DNA from: Clostridia bacterium
Lineage (GTDB): Bacteria > Bacillota > Clostridia > UBA1381
Assembly (NCBI GenBank): GCA_045532455.1
Contig: JAZSFX010000024.1
Span: forward strand, 2,918 to 42,917
Length of the DNA stretch: 40,000 nucleotides
Direction of reading: 5' to 3'
A program made the position numbers and the translations under genes. The notes below the pieces were generated by a model. That model was given only the letters and a program-made list of their open reading frames with translations, was not told the DNA's origin and ran no database searches. Positions 1-7,677 of this stretch are shown here, in pieces. Each line of letters begins with the position of its first letter. Within the stretch, counting starts at the first letter, position 1.

Positions 1-25
1 AATAAAAGGAAAAAAAGAATAGTAA

Positions 26-89
26 TACTTCCAAGCGGAAAAGATAACTATATTAATTTATAGTTATACCTGCTTGGAGGTGTTTTTTT
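26..89 (+). promoter_or_regulatory. Long imperfect hairpin followed by a T7 run, terminator/attenuator-like (or a 9-6-9 palindromic operator), enclosing the Shine-Dalgarno of the downstream EamA gene
   Basis: Hand pairing. The outer stem is 26-36 with 72-82 (11 pairs including 2 G-U). The inner stem is a perfect 9 bp, ATAACTATA 44-52 with TATAGTTAT 59-67, with loop TTAATT. T-run at 83-89. GGAGG at 76-80 lies in the 3' arm, and the TTG start at 88 lies in the T-run. Confidence 0.4.
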
Positions 90-954
90 GTTAAATAAAG
101 GAAAAATGTATCTGTGCATTAGTGCATTTATATACGGACTTGCACCCATACTTGCGAAAATTGCGTACAATGGCGGTGTTAATGGCATAACACTCACATT
201 TTTACGTGCCTCATTGGCAGTGCCTGTGCTTGTTGTAATTTTAAAAGCGGACCATATCTCTTTAAAGATTACAAAACGTGAATTCATACAGATATTCCTG
301 CTTGCAACTGTTGGCGGTGCACTGCCTATTTTACTTTTGTATATATCATATAACCACATATCAACAGGTCTTGCAACAACTTTGCATTTTGTGTATCCTA
401 TCCTTATCATATTTGCCTCGTCTGTGATTTATCACGAGCGAATATCAAAAACCACAATTATGGCATCAATAATCGTAACAGTGGGCATATTTATGTTTGC
501 TGATATAAACAGTGCAGCCGATAAAACAGGTATTATACTTGCTATTCTTTCGGGTGTGTTTTATAGCTTTTACGTAATATATATGGATAAATCAGGCCTC
601 GATACAATGCAATACTCAAAATTTACATTTTATCTTATGCTTATTATGAGTGTTTCGGTGTTGATTTTCGGTATTGTAACAAACAGTGTATCGTTTGCAA
701 TTTCAGCTAAATCGTGGGTATATGCAATTTTAATTTCAATATTAATTACTGTGTTTGCAACGCCGTTTTTTCAGGTAGGTGTAAGATACGAGGGCGCGGC
801 AACTGCAGGAATAATCTCAACAATAGAGCCAATAACCACCATAATTCTTGGCGCACTATTTCTTAGCGAAGCAATGCAACCGTCGCAATATCTTGGCGGT
901 GCGCTTGTTATATTGGGAGTTGTGATGGCAAATCATAGTATGAATAGGACATAA
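88..954 (+). CDS. EamA/DMT-family transporter (roughly 10 hydrophobic helices)
   Basis: 288-aa ORF that is hydrophobic throughout, with the two-half architecture typical of EamA/DMT permeases. GGAGG at 76-80 lies 7 nt before TTG 88. An alternative ATG at 106 has poorer spacing. Confidence 0.8.
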   Translation: MLNKGKMYLCISAFIYGLAPILAKIAYNGGVNGITLTFLRASLAVPVLVVILKADHISLKITKREFIQIFLLATVGGALPILLLYISYNHISTGLATTLHFVYPILIIFASSVIYHERISKTTIMASIIVTVGIFMFADINSAADKTGIILAILSGVFYSFYVIYMDKSGLDTMQYSKFTFYLMLIMSVSVLIFGIVTNSVSFAISAKSWVYAILISILITVFATPFFQVGVRYEGAATAGIISTIEPITTIILGALFLSEAMQPSQYLGGALVILGVVMANHSMNRT

Positions 955-965
955 AACAACAAATT

Positions 966-1011
966 GTGGTAAAATAAAGTATTTTTGGCTATATTACCAC
1001 TTGATTATTTT
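966..1011 (+). terminator. Possible weak intrinsic terminator after the EamA gene
   Basis: Arms of 11 nt, 966-976 and 990-1000, with one mismatch and a 13-nt loop, followed by the T-rich TTGATTATTTT. The U-tract is interrupted, so this call is weak. Confidence 0.3.
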
Positions 1012-1029
1012 GCGAATATATGAGATAAT
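1001..1029 (+). promoter_or_regulatory. Sigma-A-type promoter candidate for the DUF512-der-plsY-gpsA array
   Basis: TTGATT at 1001-1006, a 17-nt spacer, GATAAT at 1024-1029, and TG at 1021-1022 (extended -10). Confidence 0.45.
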
Positions 1030-1061
1030 ATTATAAATATACTTTGCAAGGGGGCTTATAT

Positions 1062-2381
1062 ATGCATAGCGTAAACACAACAATTGAATATGTAGAAGAA
1101 GGCTCACTTGCTATGCAAGCAGGAATAAAGAAAGGCGATAAACTTCTTAAAATCAACGACCATATTTTCAGAGATATACTCGAATACAGATATTTAATAT
1201 CGGAATATGAAGTTACTCTCGAGGTTGAAAAAGCAGACGGAAGTATCGAAATCATAACAGTAGAAAATGATTACGAAGACATTGGCATACAATTTTGCGA
1301 GGAGCTAATAGACACAGCACAAAGCTGCACAAACAAGTGTATATTCTGCTTCATAGACCAGCTTCCCAAAGGAATGAGAGAAACTGTGTATTTTAAGGAC
1401 GATGATACAAGACTCTCGTTTTTACAAGGTAACTACGTAACGCTCACCAATATGAACGACGAAGAAATAGACCGTCTTATAGCTATGCGCGTTTCGCCTA
1501 TAAACATAAGTGTTCACGCAACAAATCCCGAGCTGAGGTGCAAAATGTTAAATAACAGATTTGCAGGCAAATGCTTTGATATAATGAAAAAGTTTGCAAA
1601 GAACAAAATTATGATGAATTGTCAGGTTGTTCTTTGCCGAGATATAAATGATAAAGAAAATCTCGAGGATACGCTTAATGATTTAGCGTCATTGTATCCA
1701 TATGTGAACAGTGTATCGGTTGTACCTGTGGGACTTACCCGTTACCGTGATGGGTTGTATCCGCTAAAACCGTACGATAGCGAAAGCTCGAAAGAAGTAG
1801 CCCGTCAAGTAGAAAAAATGCAGGATACATTTTATAAAAAATTGGGAACAAGGCTTGTGTATTTGTCCGATGAATTTTACATAAATGCAAAATTGCCAAT
1901 TCCCGATTCCGATAGCTACGAGGGCTTTGTGCAGATAGAAAACGGAGTAGGTCTTGTTGCAAGTATGCGCGAAGAATTTGAAAGTGCAATTAAATATGCA
2001 AAAAAGAGCAATAAAAACAGAAGTGTTATATTGGCAACAGGCGAGCTTGTAGCACCATTTATTACAAAAATGGCAGATGAGGTACAACAAAAAACAGGAG
2101 TTAAAACAACTGTTTATGCCATAAAAAACAATTTCTTTGGCGGCGGTGTGAACGTATCGGGACTCGTTTGCGGCCAAGATATTATAGAACAATTAAGAGG
2201 AAAAACGAATGCTGACGTCTTACTCATTCCCGATGTGATGCTAAGAGATGATGACGAAATTTTCCTTGATGACATTACCGTTTCGGATGTAGAAAAGGAA
2301 CTTGAGATAAAGGTAGAGTCAGTTTTAAATGATGGATACGATTTTATAGAAAAAATCACGGGCGAGGAACTTGAATTTTAA
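1062..2381 (+). CDS. PDZ domain / radical-SAM-like (CxxxCxxC) / DUF512 protein of unknown function
   Basis: CTNKCIFC is a CX3CX2C motif. The N-terminal region (GSLAMQAGIKKGDKLLKIN) is PDZ-like. The ORF track starts at TTG 1044, but ATG 1062 follows AAGGGGG at 1048-1054. The gene sits directly upstream of der. Confidence 0.8.
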   Translation: MHSVNTTIEYVEEGSLAMQAGIKKGDKLLKINDHIFRDILEYRYLISEYEVTLEVEKADGSIEIITVENDYEDIGIQFCEELIDTAQSCTNKCIFCFIDQLPKGMRETVYFKDDDTRLSFLQGNYVTLTNMNDEEIDRLIAMRVSPINISVHATNPELRCKMLNNRFAGKCFDIMKKFAKNKIMMNCQVVLCRDINDKENLEDTLNDLASLYPYVNSVSVVPVGLTRYRDGLYPLKPYDSESSKEVARQVEKMQDTFYKKLGTRLVYLSDEFYINAKLPIPDSDSYEGFVQIENGVGLVASMREEFESAIKYAKKSNKNRSVILATGELVAPFITKMADEVQQKTGVKTTVYAIKNNFFGGGVNVSGLVCGQDIIEQLRGKTNADVLLIPDVMLRDDDEIFLDDITVSDVEKELEIKVESVLNDGYDFIEKITGEELEF

Positions 2382-2410
2382 AAGTACACGAAAGGGGACA
2401 GATAAAAACG

Positions 2411-3742
2411 ATGAAACCGTTGGTTGCAATAGTGGGAAGACCAAACGTTGGTAAATCCACACTTTTTAATAAAATAACCGGTCAGCGTATAAGTATAGTA
2501 GAAGATACACCTGGTGTTACGAGGGACAGAATATATGCAGATGCCTCGTGGCTCGATAAGCATTTTACTCTTGTAGATACGGGAGGTATTGAGCCCTCAT
2601 CAAAAGACGAAATACTTGTTCAAATGCGTCGACAGGCTCAGCTTGCAATAGAAATGGCAGACGTTGTAGTGCTTATGACAAACGTTCACGACGGAGTAAC
2701 TGCAAACGACCAGGACGTTGCCTCAATGCTTTTAAAGGCGCAAAAGAGAATAGTATTAGCAGTAAATAAAGTCGATAACGTTGGCGACCCGCCATTTGAG
2801 TTTTATGAATTTTATAATCTTGGTCTTGGCGACCCGATTGCAATTTCGTCAACTCATGGTCTTGGTGTGGGCGATTTGCTTGACGAGGTTACAAGTCTGT
2901 TCGACGAAAATGCTGATACTGGTGAAGACGAGGACGAAATCAAGGTTGCAGTTATTGGTAAGCCAAACGCGGGTAAATCCTCGCTTATTAACAGGATTCT
3001 TGGCGAGGACAGAGTAATAGTATCAAATATTGCAGGCACAACAAGAGATGCAATAGACTCCCATTACGAAAAAGACGGGGAAAAATATCTCTTTATTGAT
3101 ACTGCCGGTATGAGAAAACGCGGTAAAATAGACGAAAATGTTGAGCACTACAGTGTTGTGCGCTCTCTTGCAGCAATAGATAGAAGTGATGTCTGTGTTA
3201 TAATGATTGATGCAAGCGAGGGAATAACAGAACAGGATACTAAAATTGCCGGCTATGCTCACGAACAGGGTAAGGCTTGTATATTTGCGGTAAATAAATG
3301 GGATATTGTTGATAAGGATAACAACAGTGTTAAAAACTTTACAATAAGAATACGCGAAGAATTTGCATTTATGTCCTATGCAAAAATTGTGTTTATAAGT
3401 GCAAAAACGGGTCAGCGTGTAGATAAGCTTTTCGAAGAAATCAAACTTGTTAACGAGCAACACAAACGTCGTATCACAACGGGTATGTTAAACGACGTAC
3501 TGAACGAAGCTATTCATAAGCAACAACCGCCATCAGATAAGGGCAGACGTCTTAAAATATACTACGGAACACAGGTTGCAACTGCACCGCCTTCGTTTGT
3601 TATATTTGCAAATTCAAAGGACTTATTCCACTATTCATATCTTCGTTTTATCGAAAATCAAATCAGGGAGAATTTCGGCTTTGAGGGCACTCCGCTGAAG
3701 TTTATGGTAAGAGAAAAAGGAGGCAGAAAAGGCGATGAATAA
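2411..3742 (+). CDS. der: Ribosome-biogenesis GTPase Der (EngA), double GTPase domain
   Basis: Two P-loops, GRPNVGKST and GKPNAGKSS, two DTxG motifs and a C-terminal KH-like region. The 443-aa length is typical. Confidence 0.95.
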   Translation: MKPLVAIVGRPNVGKSTLFNKITGQRISIVEDTPGVTRDRIYADASWLDKHFTLVDTGGIEPSSKDEILVQMRRQAQLAIEMADVVVLMTNVHDGVTANDQDVASMLLKAQKRIVLAVNKVDNVGDPPFEFYEFYNLGLGDPIAISSTHGLGVGDLLDEVTSLFDENADTGEDEDEIKVAVIGKPNAGKSSLINRILGEDRVIVSNIAGTTRDAIDSHYEKDGEKYLFIDTAGMRKRGKIDENVEHYSVVRSLAAIDRSDVCVIMIDASEGITEQDTKIAGYAHEQGKACIFAVNKWDIVDKDNNSVKNFTIRIREEFAFMSYAKIVFISAKTGQRVDKLFEEIKLVNEQHKRRITTGMLNDVLNEAIHKQQPPSDKGRRLKIYYGTQVATAPPSFVIFANSKDLFHYSYLRFIENQIRENFGFEGTPLKFMVREKGGRKGDE

Positions 3743-4343
3743 TGTAATTTTAGCAGTAGCGGCATATCTTATAGGCTCAATAAACTTTTCGATACTTCTT
3801 TCGAGAATAATTGGCGGAAAGGATATAAGAAAAAGCGGCTCAGGTAATGCGGGTGCAACAAATATGCTCCGTACATACGGTAAAAAGATGGGCGTTATAA
3901 CACTGCTCTTAGACGTACTAAAGGGTATAGCTGCAATTTTAATATGCCGCCTTTTAAATGTCGGCGCCCAGTGGGAATATGTGTGTGCAGTAGCAGTAAT
4001 TTTAGGCCACAACTTTCCTCTTTACTTTGGCTTCAAGGGCGGAAAAGGTGTTGCCACAAGTCTTGGTACAGTGATTATGTTAGATTGGAAAATAGGTATT
4101 ATAGTTGGTATTATTGCAATAGCAATTATGGCAATTACAAGATATGTTTCGTTAGGCTCAATAGTCGGCGGTATTATATTTATAATAGCACAGATAATAT
4201 CAATGTTGATAGTTGGTGAATTTAATTTAACAATATTTATATGTGTGCTTATTATGGGCGGTCTGCTTGTTGCAAGACACCACGCGAACATAAAAAGACT
4301 GCTAAGCGGAACAGAGAGCAAGCTTGGTACAAAAAAAGCTTAA
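3735..4343 (+). CDS. plsY: Glycerol-3-phosphate acyltransferase PlsY
   Basis: GSGNAGATN motif in a 202-aa polytopic membrane protein. It overlaps the der stop by 8 nt. Confidence 0.93.
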   Translation: MNNVILAVAAYLIGSINFSILLSRIIGGKDIRKSGSGNAGATNMLRTYGKKMGVITLLLDVLKGIAAILICRLLNVGAQWEYVCAVAVILGHNFPLYFGFKGGKGVATSLGTVIMLDWKIGIIVGIIAIAIMAITRYVSLGSIVGGIIFIIAQIISMLIVGEFNLTIFICVLIMGGLLVARHHANIKRLLSGTESKLGTKKA

Positions 4344-4386
4344 AATAAATACAGAGCAAAATCAACGCAGAAAGGGAGATTTGGAT

Positions 4387-5370
4387 ATGAAAACTGCAGT
4401 TATAGGCTCGGGTGGATGGGGAACGGCCATTGCATTGTTGCTATCATCAAAAGGCTATGATGTTTATTTGTGGTCGTGGCAGCAAGCAGAAACAGACAGA
4501 CTAAATAATGACAGAGAAAATAAGGAATTTTTGCCGGGAATAAAATTCCCACAAAATATATACTGTTCACACAGTATGCAAGAATGTGTTGAGGGTGCAG
4601 AGGTTATTGTATGCGCAGTACCATCGCCTGCAACAAGAACAACCGCAAAGCAACTATCACCGTTCGTAAAAGAGGGACAAAAAATAGTTAACATTTCAAA
4701 AGGCCTAGAGGGAGCGCTCAGGCTTTCACAGGTGTATGAGGAAGAAATTCCACAGGCAAATATTTCGGTAATGAGCGGACCGTCTCACGCTGAGGAGGTA
4801 TCACGTGGATTGCCCACAACCAATGTTATTGCATCAAAGGACAAGGAAACCTCAAAAGCACTGCAGGATATTTTTATGAAAGATAATTTCAGGGTATATA
4901 CTGCAGACGATATCATAGGTGTTGAACTTGGCGGCTCGTTAAAAAATGTTATCGCACTTTGCGCCGGCATATCCGACGGATTAGGCTATGGTGATAACAC
5001 AAAGGCGGCACTTATGACACGAGGTCTTGCCGAAATTGCAAGATTAGGTGTAGCAATGGGTGCAAAGGAAGAAACGTTTATGGGCCTTAGCGGTATTGGC
5101 GACCTGATTGTTACCTGTACAAGTATGCACTCACGTAACAGACGTGCCGGAATTCTGATAGGCAAGGGAAAAACCTTAAAAGAAACACTCGACGAGGTAC
5201 ATATGGTGGTTGAGGGAGTAAACACTGCAACTGCCGCATATGAACTATCACGTAAGTATAACGTCGAAATGCCGATTATCGAAGAAGCATATAAAATTCT
5301 GTTCGAAGATAAAAATCCGTGCGAGGCAGTTAATATGCTTATGACAAGGGAGAAAAAGGACGAAAGATAA
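4387..5370 (+). CDS. gpsA: NAD(P)H-dependent glycerol-3-phosphate dehydrogenase GpsA
   Basis: MKTAVIGSGGWGTA Rossmann N-terminus. ATG 4387 follows AAGGGAGA. The ORF-track start at 4324 overlaps plsY and adds a non-conserved extension. Confidence 0.93.
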   Translation: MKTAVIGSGGWGTAIALLLSSKGYDVYLWSWQQAETDRLNNDRENKEFLPGIKFPQNIYCSHSMQECVEGAEVIVCAVPSPATRTTAKQLSPFVKEGQKIVNISKGLEGALRLSQVYEEEIPQANISVMSGPSHAEEVSRGLPTTNVIASKDKETSKALQDIFMKDNFRVYTADDIIGVELGGSLKNVIALCAGISDGLGYGDNTKAALMTRGLAEIARLGVAMGAKEETFMGLSGIGDLIVTCTSMHSRNRRAGILIGKGKTLKETLDEVHMVVEGVNTATAAYELSRKYNVEMPIIEEAYKILFEDKNPCEAVNMLMTREKKDER

Positions 5371-5401
5371 TCGAATTTTTGCAGATTTTATGCGATTTTT
5401 T

Positions 5402-5441
5402 AAAAGAACTTGTTTGCGTTTTGCAAATAAGTTCTTTTTTT
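5402..5441 (+). terminator. Rho-independent terminator after gpsA
   Basis: AAAAGAACTT at 5402-5411 pairs with AAGTTCTTTT at 5429-5438. An inner TTTGC/GCAAA pairing extends the stem. A T-run continues to 5441. Confidence 0.8.
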
Positions 5442-5472
5442 GAAAAAAATTAAAAAAATTTCGAAAAAAGTA

Positions 5473-5501
5473 TGTTCATTTTGCAAAAAGTATGGTATAA
5501 T
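5473..5501 (+). promoter_or_regulatory. Extended -10 promoter candidate for the yicC-remA-gmk-rpoZ-priA... array
   Basis: TGgTATAAT at 5493-5501 (perfect TATAAT at 5496-5501 with upstream TG). The -35 TGTTCA at 5473-5478 is weak, at 17-nt spacing. Confidence 0.45.
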
Positions 5502-5572
5502 AAAAAATAATGGATAAATATGCTTAAATGCACATTGTATAATACAATAAAACTAACACGGAGGGTATGCAA

Positions 5573-6451
5573 ATGTTAAAAAGTATGACCGGCTATGGCA
5601 GATGCGAACGCATAGTTGAGGGTAAAAAAATACTTGCAGAAATCAAATCGGTAAATCAGCGTTTTTCCGATTATAATATAAGAGTTCCAAGACATTTGGG
5701 ATATTTGGAGGAAGATGTAAGAAAGTTTGTTTCAAAACGTATTTTCAGAGGTAAGGTGGATATTTATATCTCGGTAGAAAACTTCGAGGAAGCAGACACA
5801 CAAATTTCACTTAACGAGCCATTAGCAAAAAATTACATAGAAGTTTTAAATCAGTTAAAAAGACAGTTTGGCCTTGAGGGCGAAGTAACTGTCGGACTTG
5901 TTTCAAGATTTTCCGATGTTTTTCGGTCAGAGCGCAGAGAAGATGATAAAGACGCTTTGACACAGCTTGTATTATCTGTTGTAAGTGATGCCTTAGACGA
6001 ATTTATTGCAATGCGCGAACGTGAGGGTGAAAGAATAGAAAACGACCTCACCCAGAGAGTTGAATATATGCGTACCTTAGCACAAAAAGTTGAGGAGCGC
6101 TCACCGCAGACAGTTGAAGAATACCGAAACCGTCTATATGCAAAAATCAAGGAGATACTTGAGGATAAGGATATAGACGATGCAAGAATTTTAACCGAAA
6201 CTGCAATCTTTGCAGATAAGGTAGCGGTTAATGAAGAAACAGTACGTCTTTCGAGTCATTTTGATGAATACTACCAGATTATAGGTGATGGCGAAAGCGC
6301 AGGCAGACGTCTTGATTTCTTAATTCAGGAAATAAACCGCGAGGTAAACACAATAGGCTCAAAAGCTCAGGATATTGAGATTGCAAAGGTTGTTGTGGAA
6401 CTAAAGGGCGAGATTGAAAAGCTCAGAGAACAAATACAAAACATAGAATAA
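5573..6451 (+). CDS. yicC: YicC-family protein (B. subtilis YloC-like)
   Basis: The MLKSMTGYG N-terminus is the characteristic YicC start. GGAGGG at 5560-5565 lies 7 nt before ATG 5573; ATG 5567 is only 1 nt from the SD. The C-terminal EINREVNTIGSK motif is present. Confidence 0.9.
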   Translation: MLKSMTGYGRCERIVEGKKILAEIKSVNQRFSDYNIRVPRHLGYLEEDVRKFVSKRIFRGKVDIYISVENFEEADTQISLNEPLAKNYIEVLNQLKRQFGLEGEVTVGLVSRFSDVFRSERREDDKDALTQLVLSVVSDALDEFIAMREREGERIENDLTQRVEYMRTLAQKVEERSPQTVEEYRNRLYAKIKEILEDKDIDDARILTETAIFADKVAVNEETVRLSSHFDEYYQIIGDGESAGRRLDFLIQEINREVNTIGSKAQDIEIAKVVVELKGEIEKLREQIQNIE

Positions 6452-6466
6452 TCTTTTTGGAGGTTA

Positions 6467-6724
6467 ATGATGAAGCTTATAAATATAGGATTTGGAAACC
6501 TTGTTGCATCTGAGCGTATAATTGCGGTAGTAAGTCCCGAATCTGCACCAATAAAACGTATAATACACGAGGCAGAGGACGAGGGCAAGCTTGTGAATGC
6601 AACATATGGCAGACGTACAAGAGCAGTTGTTATTACAGATTCTGACCATGTTATATTGTCTGCAATTCAACCCGAAACAATCGGCAGCAGAATATCGCAG
6701 GAGGAGGATGACAGTGCACAGTAA
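6467..6724 (+). CDS. remA: RemA (YlzA/DUF370) regulator
   Basis: KLINIGFGN...[10 protein letters not shown]...[28 protein letters not shown] is nearly colinear with my recollection of B. subtilis RemA. The start may be ATG 6470, which has better SD spacing. Confidence 0.93.
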   Translation: MMKLINIGFGNLVASERIIAVVSPESAPIKRIIHEAEDEGKLVNATYGRRTRAVVITDSDHVILSAIQPETIGSRISQEEDDSAQ

Positions 6725-7325
6725 TACTTCAGAAAAAGGAATGTTGTTTGTAGTGTCAGGTCCGTCAGGTACAGGCAAAGGAACAGTTTGCAAAGAGCTT
6801 TTAAAAAATGATGACATATACCTTTCGGTATCTGCAACAACACGCGATATCAGGCCCGGAGAGGTAGACGGTGTAAATTACACCTATCTCACGCGCGAAG
6901 AATTTGAGAACCTTATAAAGAATGACGAAATGCTCGAATATGCCGAGTTCGACGGTAACTACTACGGTACTCCCAAAAAGAATGTGGAAAAATCTTTGGC
7001 AGATGGTAAAAATGTACTTTTGGAGATAGAAATTCAGGGCGCACTAAAGGTAAAAGAAAAATTCGCCGAGGCGGTTATGATATATCTTATACCGCCATCA
7101 ATGAAAGTTCTTTACGAGCGTCTTGTATCAAGAGGCAGAGAAACTGAAGAACAAATCAGAGCAAGAATGGAAATAACAAAAAGTGAGTTGCCGAGTGCAC
7201 TAAAGTATGACCACATTATTGTAAATGATAATTTACAAGAGTGTGTTAAAGACGTAGAAGCACTTATACGTGAGCAACTAAAAAATAAACATAAAATAAC
7301 AAACTTATTAAACGAAAACTATTAA
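6708..7325 (+). CDS. gmk: Guanylate kinase
   Basis: P-loop [12 protein letters not shown] 6708 follows AGGAGGAGG and overlaps the remA end by 17 nt. The ORF-track start at 6597 lies inside remA. Confidence 0.93.
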   Translation: MTVHSNTSEKGMLFVVSGPSGTGKGTVCKELLKNDDIYLSVSATTRDIRPGEVDGVNYTYLTREEFENLIKNDEMLEYAEFDGNYYGTPKKNVEKSLADGKNVLLEIEIQGALKVKEKFAEAVMIYLIPPSMKVLYERLVSRGRETEEQIRARMEITKSELPSALKYDHIIVNDNLQECVKDVEALIREQLKNKHKITNLLNENY

Positions 7326-7344
7326 TAAAAGGAGAATAAATATC

Positions 7345-7647
7345 ATGATGATTAAACCTGGAATAACAGAACTTGCAAAGCACGTAGACAGCAGATACAC
7401 ACTTGTTTCGATGGCTGCAAAAAGAGCAAGAATGGTAGGATATGAACAAAACAATGCCGAAGTGTATAATGCAGATGCAGATAAGCCTGTAACAGTTGCA
7501 GTTTCAGAAATTTCTTCGGGCCGTGTAGGCTATGTACGTTCAAACGATGTAAGACGTGCAAAGGAATTCGAAAACGAAAAAATTGCTGCAATAAATGCTA
7601 TGACAGAAAATGCACATGATGAGGAAGAAGTTGTTTTTGAACAATAA
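7345..7647 (+). CDS. rpoZ: DNA-directed RNA polymerase subunit omega
   Basis: DSRYTLVSMAAKRAR motif, small size, and position between gmk and priA. Confidence 0.9.
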   Translation: MMIKPGITELAKHVDSRYTLVSMAAKRARMVGYEQNNAEVYNADADKPVTVAVSEISSGRVGYVRSNDVRRAKEFENEKIAAINAMTENAHDEEEVVFEQ

Positions 7648-7677
7648 AAACAACTAAAATGTAAAAGGGGAACAAAA

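Noticed and set aside
4324-4386. N-terminal extensions suggested by the ORF track (gpsA 4324, gmk 6597, addA 25224, DUF512 1044, prkC 15254, rpe 18179, small ORF 31499, HUH-like gene 36026, yicC 5567)
   Set aside because: In each case a downstream start has a properly spaced SD and begins at the conserved family N-terminus. The extension overlaps the upstream gene or lacks an SD.
5510-5527. Mini-ORF MDKYA in the gpsA-yicC intergenic region as a possible leader peptide
   Set aside because: It has no SD, and no alternative-hairpin architecture follows it. It lies a few nucleotides downstream of the -10 element of the candidate promoter, in AT-rich sequence where such ORFs occur by chance.
5371-5566. 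Possible ncRNA, riboswitch or tRNA in the largest intergenic gaps (5371-5566, 35885-36070, 36749-36849, 37606-37732)
   Set aside because: Each gap is accounted for by terminator hairpins and promoter elements. I see no cloverleaf-compatible arms or conserved riboswitch cores (T-box, SAM, TPP, FMN and similar). A covariance-model scan (Infernal/Rfam, tRNAscan-SE) would be needed to exclude them formally.
5371-5572. Absence of spoIVA after gpsA (a linkage I recall in several Clostridia) as evidence about sporulation capacity
   Set aside because: My recollection of that synteny is not firm, and the absence of one gene from a 40-kb window says nothing about the rest of the genome.
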